This document shows positions 57,528 to 64,000 of a DNA stretch of 64,000 bases, piece after piece. The stretch's first letter is position 1; each line of letters begins with the position of its first letter. The notes below the pieces were generated by a model that was not told where the DNA came from, did no database searches, and saw nothing but the letters and a program-made list of their open reading frames with translations. The stretch lies in NCBI GenBank assembly GCA_051294375.1, contig CM119263.1, forward strand, positions 8,381,992-8,445,991. The letters are read 5' to 3'. This DNA comes from Paraspadella gotoi (Eukaryota > Animalia > Chaetognatha). The position numbers and the translations under genes are program-made.

Positions 57528-59918
57528 TTACCACTCATCACTGGTGAACGGTCGGGATCATACCGACAATGGTATGCCATACATTGGCATACAAGCTTGT
57601 TATAATAATTTTTACTCACTTCATCTCGTCGGTGATGATGTTGAGGCAGCACTCACAACAAGCTTCGGTGGACGAGGCTTCCGAAAGCAACGATTCCAAC
57701 GACTCCCAATGTCCAACCCTGGACGACTCTCGGGAATGGGGTCCAGAAAATGTAGAGGGAGCTTGAGACAAGGAGGAAGATTGGGGGTGAAGGGAAGTGG
57801 ATGCGGATCCCCGAGAGGGAGTCGAGAGAGCAGAAGTCGCACAAGGGGGGATCAATTCCAACATTCGATCGCCGCTAAATAAGTTGGGTGACGAGGAAGG
57901 GACATAATACAGATTTATAAATACAAATACAAACGCCATTACTATTACTGTTTAGAGGAAAACCTTAGGTCCTCAGGCTCCTCATAACTTGAGAGGCAAG
58001 AGTCTGAGCTGAATTCTTTTTCTTCGTACTGCGAGGATCCGGCAAGATGAAGACTCGGACAAGAGAGACTGTCGCGAATCCGCGGATATAGGCACCTACG
58101 TACAGTAACAAGAATGAAATTTACGTAATTTACATTAGATATAATGCCACAAAAATACCAGAAGTCACGTTTATAAGTTAAATTTCTATATAACAAAGCA
58201 AAAGGAACTTTAAACGCGTAAATTTTTTTGTTGATCGTACTAATTTCTCTTATCAAAGATATTACGTAGAGAATATTTTTTTAGAGGAACAACGACCCTC
58301 CACATTCCACAATATCATAGAACTTTCTAAAAAAATTTTATACAATTCATTCTAACCTGATCGAGGGGTTATTAAGATCGTTTTCTTGCAACTGACAGCC
58401 TTCAGCATTTTTCGCTGGCGCGCCGTATTTGTGTCCTGAACTCGTCGGCGACTGCTGCGGCAGGGGCGTCGACGAGGCAAGCGAGTGCAGCCGCGATAAA
58501 TGGGACGACCTCTGATGCAAATCGGAAAAGTTTTTGACGATTTAACTAAAAAGATTGGCTCACTTGAGAGCCGCACGAGTTCCCTCATACCAGAGAAATT
58601 CTGCAGTACATACACACTACGTATTACACAGTACAAAATAATTGAAAACCCACGCGAGTTCACTACTTACCGGTGACCCTTGGGGCGAAAGTCGAGAATC
58701 CGAACTTGAGGGCGCAGGAGATGTCGATGATTCGAAGCGAGGCGCAGGAAATAAACCGTGGCGGGGAGTCGTCCAAACAGGCGGCGCAGTCGGGTGATAT
58801 CTGTCTTCTTCGGGTGCAAGGTGATCTCACGTTAATCTTCGCCCTGTCGGCAACGACGTTATATCATAAACCATTATAGTTATATTTTACCAGAAAAGTT
58901 GATGTAACCGATCATACGGTGAAGATGCTGTTGAAGAGCAACCGATTGCGAAAGCAGAGTCTGAAATATTTAAAATTCGGTACATACAATACGTATAATC
59001 GTATATGTTATGCGCAAAAACAATTTGGTTATTATACAAAATCATAAAGTTCTACTTTGCACTCTCACATTGACTTGAGCAGGTTTGATAATTTGCGCCG
59101 CGGCGCGAGCGAGAATGAGCGGGTTTACTCCGGCCGCCCCCGTCGTCGTGGTCGGTGTTGCCGCCAAAGAAACAGACGACGCAACTCTTGCCGCTGCTGT
59201 GGCCATAGACTGATCGCTCACCTGCGATCGACGCGTTTGTAGCAGGGTTGATGGGGCCACGCCATTTGTCGGGGCAAGGGGAAGCACCGGCGGGACTCCC
59301 ACTACCGACAACTAAAAAAATACCAGGATTACGACTTATTTAGGTTTTCTACAGGATGTACAATTGAAAAAGATATCTCGGGCAACTACATACAATTTTA
59401 TAAATCTTGCTGAGAGAGAACACTTTTTTTCTGCATAGTGAAAGCTTCCGTTCTGGCTATCAAAATTACAAAATTACTTGTTTCACAATTTTCATTTTTA
59501 GACTTATTAGTTATTATTAATTTTGAAAAATAATAAATATTTTTTTGAAAAAACTATTTCCGAGCATATACCTGTTTGGTATGTTTTTGCTGCTTGTTAC
59601 ACCAAGAAAACGGGACTGGGTGAGATTGAATCTGTTGACCCTCAAAAGGAAACCCTCGAGATGTTGGAAGCTGGAGTGAAGTTTGCTGGTGAGTCGAGCT
59701 GAAATTGAATTTGTTTTAAATTCGTCGAAGAATCATAATACTTGAAAAGTTAAAGTATTTTATCATGTAATAAACCTTTTATGATTGGGTAGAGGATGAT
59801 TATCGTGGAGAGACGGAGGGACAGAGCGGCTTTGCTTGGCCGAAGGTCCCTTAGACATCAGCGGGGAAACAGTTTGTGGGAGCGTAGGAGAGAGGAGCCC
59901 GGACGGCGTCAGGTTCAT
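57528..59918 (-). CDS. Uncharacterised multi-exon Ser/Pro-rich protein (model partly unresolved)
   Basis: GC-richer blocks bounded by AG/GT at ~59918-59775, 59698-59572, 59311-~59070, ~58960-58890, ~58840-58671, ~58510-58355, ~58095-57950, ~57875-57620; most junctions are in phase but the frame around 58960-58800 is ambiguous; ends ..EACCECCLNIITDEMNDEW. No recognised domain. Confidence 0.45.
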
Positions 59919-60989
59919 AATAATCGGCAGAAGCCAACGAGAACGAGAGCCCACCGGTAAAAATGCCTGCCTTTCCTTTAGTAGATGGACGGACGTGCAA
60001 GCATCAACAAGCCTTTGACGATGTCATGAGAACAGAACATATGCTACGGTTTTATCTTAATTCTAAACTTTGCTCCGGGCGAAAGCTGCGATGAATCATG
60101 TTTGCATATTTCTCAATTTGGCACACAGGACACACCAACCCTCTCTTCGCCTTCTCGTCAACGCCGAGATTCAAAACGTGTTCGTCGATTCCGTGATCTT
60201 CCGGTTATTTCTCCATATTTGCCACGAATAAGACGTCGCGGCGGGTGACGTTAAATTAGATTAACATTAAAATATCCACTAATTAGATAAAATTTTGAAA
60301 AACTTAATTTTAAAATGCAGTTGGTTGTTTTATCCCAACGACTTGCGAGTTCGAGGCACAATATTGATCTGAAAGAAAATTTGGCCAGTTAATTCAATAG
60401 CAAATTTAATTACGGTAAGCCGTAAAGTAAGGTATTAGCTAATATTATTAAGTATAACAAATTTAAATTGTAACTATTAAGTACAGCGGCCGTGATGTCC
60501 GTCTGCTCGTTCTAAAATTAAGCTGACGCTGAATGTCGCCTCTCATTGCTCGCACGCTTCCTATCCCCTTCAGGACTCGAGGCGGACGGACGAATAGAGG
60601 AGAAATCGAAAAGGAAAAATTTAAGAGAAAGAACGACGACGACAACGACGACGATGTCAGCCACGAGGTAGAGAACGACGACGACGACGACAACATCCAC
60701 ACCAGCACGAGGCTGATCCCCCCCCCCAACACACACTTTAAGTATCTCTCTAACTCTGTCCTTGACTCAGCGAGGCGCATTAGGAAGAGGAAAACTCCGT
60801 CCTATCTCAATGTGAGCGGGAGTATCTTTCGAGCAATTGCTGAATAATTCATTTTTAAGACGACAATGAGAATTAGACTATAATTTCAGGAAATAATTTG
60901 AATACAAATCGTAGAAATCAAGTTCGATTGTGTTATTGTGAATGTTTTAAATAAAAAACCTTGAGGAATTTCACGAAATTTTGGTTGTA

Positions 60990-61427
60990 ACAATTTCATA
61001 TTAAGATACGATTGGTTGCCACTTTTCGACAGCCTAATCCGATTGGACAGAGAAAGACGTCACTTGGTCAAGTTTTATTTCTGTTGGCTCGATTTTCGGT
61101 CGATGACAAAGATATGACGTCAATGAATCTCATTCTCAAACCTATTGCGTTTTTACCTCGCGATTGGACAAATGCTTTTCTCCAATTATAATTCGCTCAC
61201 ACGTGATATTTTTCGTTTCACGAAATTAAGTAAATACAGTTCAAAAAAAATTATTTTAATTGACTATTGCAGCAAAATATGACCTAAACATCATTTTAAG
61301 ATATTTCGAATCCAATATTACAAAAACTTGCACAACCTACTTCAACAAAGTCTACGTCGTCGACTAGTAATATCAAACAACGTCACCAATCACTGAATCG
61401 ACGAATAGGAGGCGGAGACTTGAGGAA
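60990..61427. promoter_or_regulatory. Putative bidirectional promoter
   Basis: Between divergent genes; several CCAAT/ATTGG boxes (~61011, 61042, 61163, 61182, 61386), CRE TGACGTCA 61115-61122, E-box CACGTG 61200-61205. Confidence 0.55.
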
Positions 61428-64000
61428 ATGTCTCGTGACTACCAATCTCCTCGCGACGTAAGTATAGATGTTTCTTTTGGTTTGGTCTCTGCTTGCCTCT
61501 CGCACTCTTTTTCTTTCTTTACTTTTTTCTCTCTCTCTCTCGGCTTCGTTGCTGGTTCGCAGCTCGGAGGAGACAATTATAGACAATTATCCCACGAAAT
61601 TTTAAAATTTCTAATTCTAAATCTTAACCTATTATTATTACCTATAGTTTCCTTTTATTTCTTAACAAAACAGGTCGCTTCGAATGTAAAATATTTTGAA
61701 TTGCGGAAAGGAATCTCTTAATGTGAATTTTGGGTGGATCTTCATGTGGCAGAACGGTTCAACCTCGACGACTTTCTCCTGGACCTCCTCGGTACTGATT
61801 ATATGCGCTTTGGACTTTGGAAACGCGTCTACAAAATCTTTGGCGCCATCCCGGGATTTACGGCTCTACCAGTACCAGATACTTCTTCTCCGTCCACTCC
61901 TTTAATTTTATTGGGTATTCGTTTCAACGTAAACTCGTTGGGCCTTCATCATAAGATTCGACGAGAAGTGCTCGAGCACTTGGAGACATTCTCCATCCAG
62001 CTTTCATCCCTCTGCGGACTGTTGGAGACAAAGTCCCGTGGTCAGTGCAGGACTTTCAATACACCCTCCAAGATTGAAACCTGCTTTATCTCACTCTGGG
62101 GTCCTTTGTCAAACAAACGTGATAATTTGGATGTAAAATAACTAGCGGTCGCAAAGTTAACATTTGTAGCAAATATTCCACCCTTTGTAGTTTTTTAATT
62201 TTAATATTCCAGCTTTTTATCAGTTGTCGTCCTGTAGACGATCTTTTCCCAATTCGAAAATATCTTTCGTATTTATTGACATTTTATACTTTTTCTCTTT
62301 ATCCATGATTTTTTAACAATCTTGGTCCTTCTTGTCTAGCACTTGTCTACATCCCATTTTGAAAGCAATATTCAAATAGGTTAAAAATTAACCATCATTT
62401 CAAACTAATCCAGCACTTTTCTATTTTGAAAAGAATGTTTAAAAAATTTATCTAAAAAAATGTAATTTAAATACATTGTATTTTGTTGGTTATTCTTGTT
62501 TAGCATTTGTCTACATCCCATTTAGAAAAGAATGTTCTAAAATTTGTCATAAAAATGTAATTTGTAAACATTGGATCTGTTCCGAATGTTGTGTACAGTT
62601 AGTAATTTTGGCTTTTTTTAAAAATGCTTTTTTTGTGCAATCGGAATTATTAATTTCCCTCAAAAATTGCCTTATATTGCTAAACTGCTTCTCTTATGTA
62701 GCTGCTAATATTTTTCACAAAGTGATTACTTTTTTTTTTGCAGAAAAGCATATCAATTGAATCAATTGCAACCCTTGCGTCTGGTGATGATGAAACATTC
62801 GATGGAATTCGATGCGAAAAAATTGGTTTGTCGTCTGATATGATTTTTAATCCCGAGGCGACGACCGAAAAGACTACGAATGAAACGGCGACGGCGGCGC
62901 AGACTATGATCGTGGGCGAATCAGAAACAAAGACTGTGATACTAAAAGACGAGGATTGCTATGTCGCCCAAGACGAAACAGATGACGTCGTCCGCGACTT
63001 TGACAAAGCCGGTCAAGCCGTTGATGACGCTGACGACGCCGATAACTCTGATATCATCGCAAATAACAATGACCGCGACGCTAAAAAAGTCAACAGGGCA
63101 GCAGATTTCTCCGTTGATGCCGACACCTCCTCCAATGACGCTTGCAACGCCGACACCCGTTGCCAACTCGACCAAGCAAATAGTCCCGTTGATGACCACG
63201 ATAACTCCGTTAATGACGCCGCCGACGTACGGCTTTTCGACAACATCCAAGTTAACGGCCAAACAAAACCACCTAATGTCTATGACGCCATTCACCAAAT
63301 TGCTTACGCCGGACGGGATCACACCGTTAATGACGCCCGAAAAGAAAATGCCGTAGGAAACTTGAGAAAAGCTGTCGGTGATGCGAACTTGATTTCCATA
63401 GACAAACCGATTGATGAGGTTAATCGCTCGAACCATAAGGCCGATGCCAATGACCCAACCGATGGCCCTGACGATGATTACGAAGATGTCATTGTTGTCG
63501 ACGAGTCGTCCTCTTCAGCGCCATTCTTGGTCGACCAAGACGAAGCAAGTTCTCCGTCGACCATATCCGTCGATGCCTGCGAGACCTACGTCGACGAGGG
63601 CGATGGGATATTTGATCGGTTGTCGCCGCCCATCGCTTCGTCGCGAATCGGGGAGGACGATTGTGACGAGAAAATTCGAGAAAAGATGTCGCCGGAAAAA
63701 GTGAACGGCGGGGAGACGACGCCGGAGGAATCGGCGACGTTGGAATCCCGCGGGGAAGTACTTACGCTCGCCGAAGCGGCGCTCACTTATTCGAGGGTAA
63801 AGAACCGAAACAAGATGGCGTCGGGGACGGAAATTAACTCGTCTAGTCGGAATGTGACTTTAACGAACGATACGGGAACCGAGACGATGTTGAACGACAA
63901 CGGGGAAACTATTCTCAGAAACACGATGGAAAAGGAAGTTCCCTTTGTTCCCTTTGTGGCGGAGACGACGACGATGACGCTGACGCTGCGGGGAACGACG
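61428..64000 (+). CDS. Large acidic, likely disordered protein, 3'-partial
   Basis: Exon 1 61428-61457 (MSRDYQSPRD|GTAAGT) is in phase with the acceptor at 62741-62743; frame open from 62744 to the window end (KSISIESIATLASGDDETFDG...DDDYEDVIVVDESSSS...). Missing from the ORF track because no stop is reached. Confidence 0.7.

Noticed and set aside
61734-62141. 135-aa ORF inside the first intron of the last gene
   Set aside because: No convincing start or in-phase splice sites and no recognisable motif; possibly decayed repeat.
62942-63704. Thr/Met/Pro-rich mucin-like ORFs and a Val/Ile-rich antisense ORF
   Set aside because: Alternative-frame shadows of the GAT/GAC-rich acidic exon, which stays open throughout.

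Overview
AT-rich, intron-containing eukaryotic (metazoan, probably invertebrate) draft-assembly DNA with N gaps; no prokaryotic features, CRISPR, rRNA or intact tRNA seen. Most ORFs in the supplied track are microsatellite or gap artefacts; real genes only emerge after manual splicing. Left ~26 kb: microsatellite-saturated long introns of a Mad/MXD bHLH-zip repressor (5' exons not seen). Right ~38 kb is compact and gene-dense: PAN3 (+), an 11-exon HHxxxD condensation-domain/CoA-dependent acyltransferase-like gene (-), ATP synthase alpha (-), GLD-2/TENT2 poly(A) polymerase (-), a low-complexity orphan gene (-) and the start of an acidic disordered protein (+) on a likely bidirectional promoter. 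Several non-autonomous transposons are present. Most interesting: the spliced NRPS-condensation-like acyltransferase and a short mobile element whose target-site duplication copies that gene's splice donor (AAG|GT). All gene models are hand-built from GT/AG signals and reading-frame continuity, with no transcript evidence.
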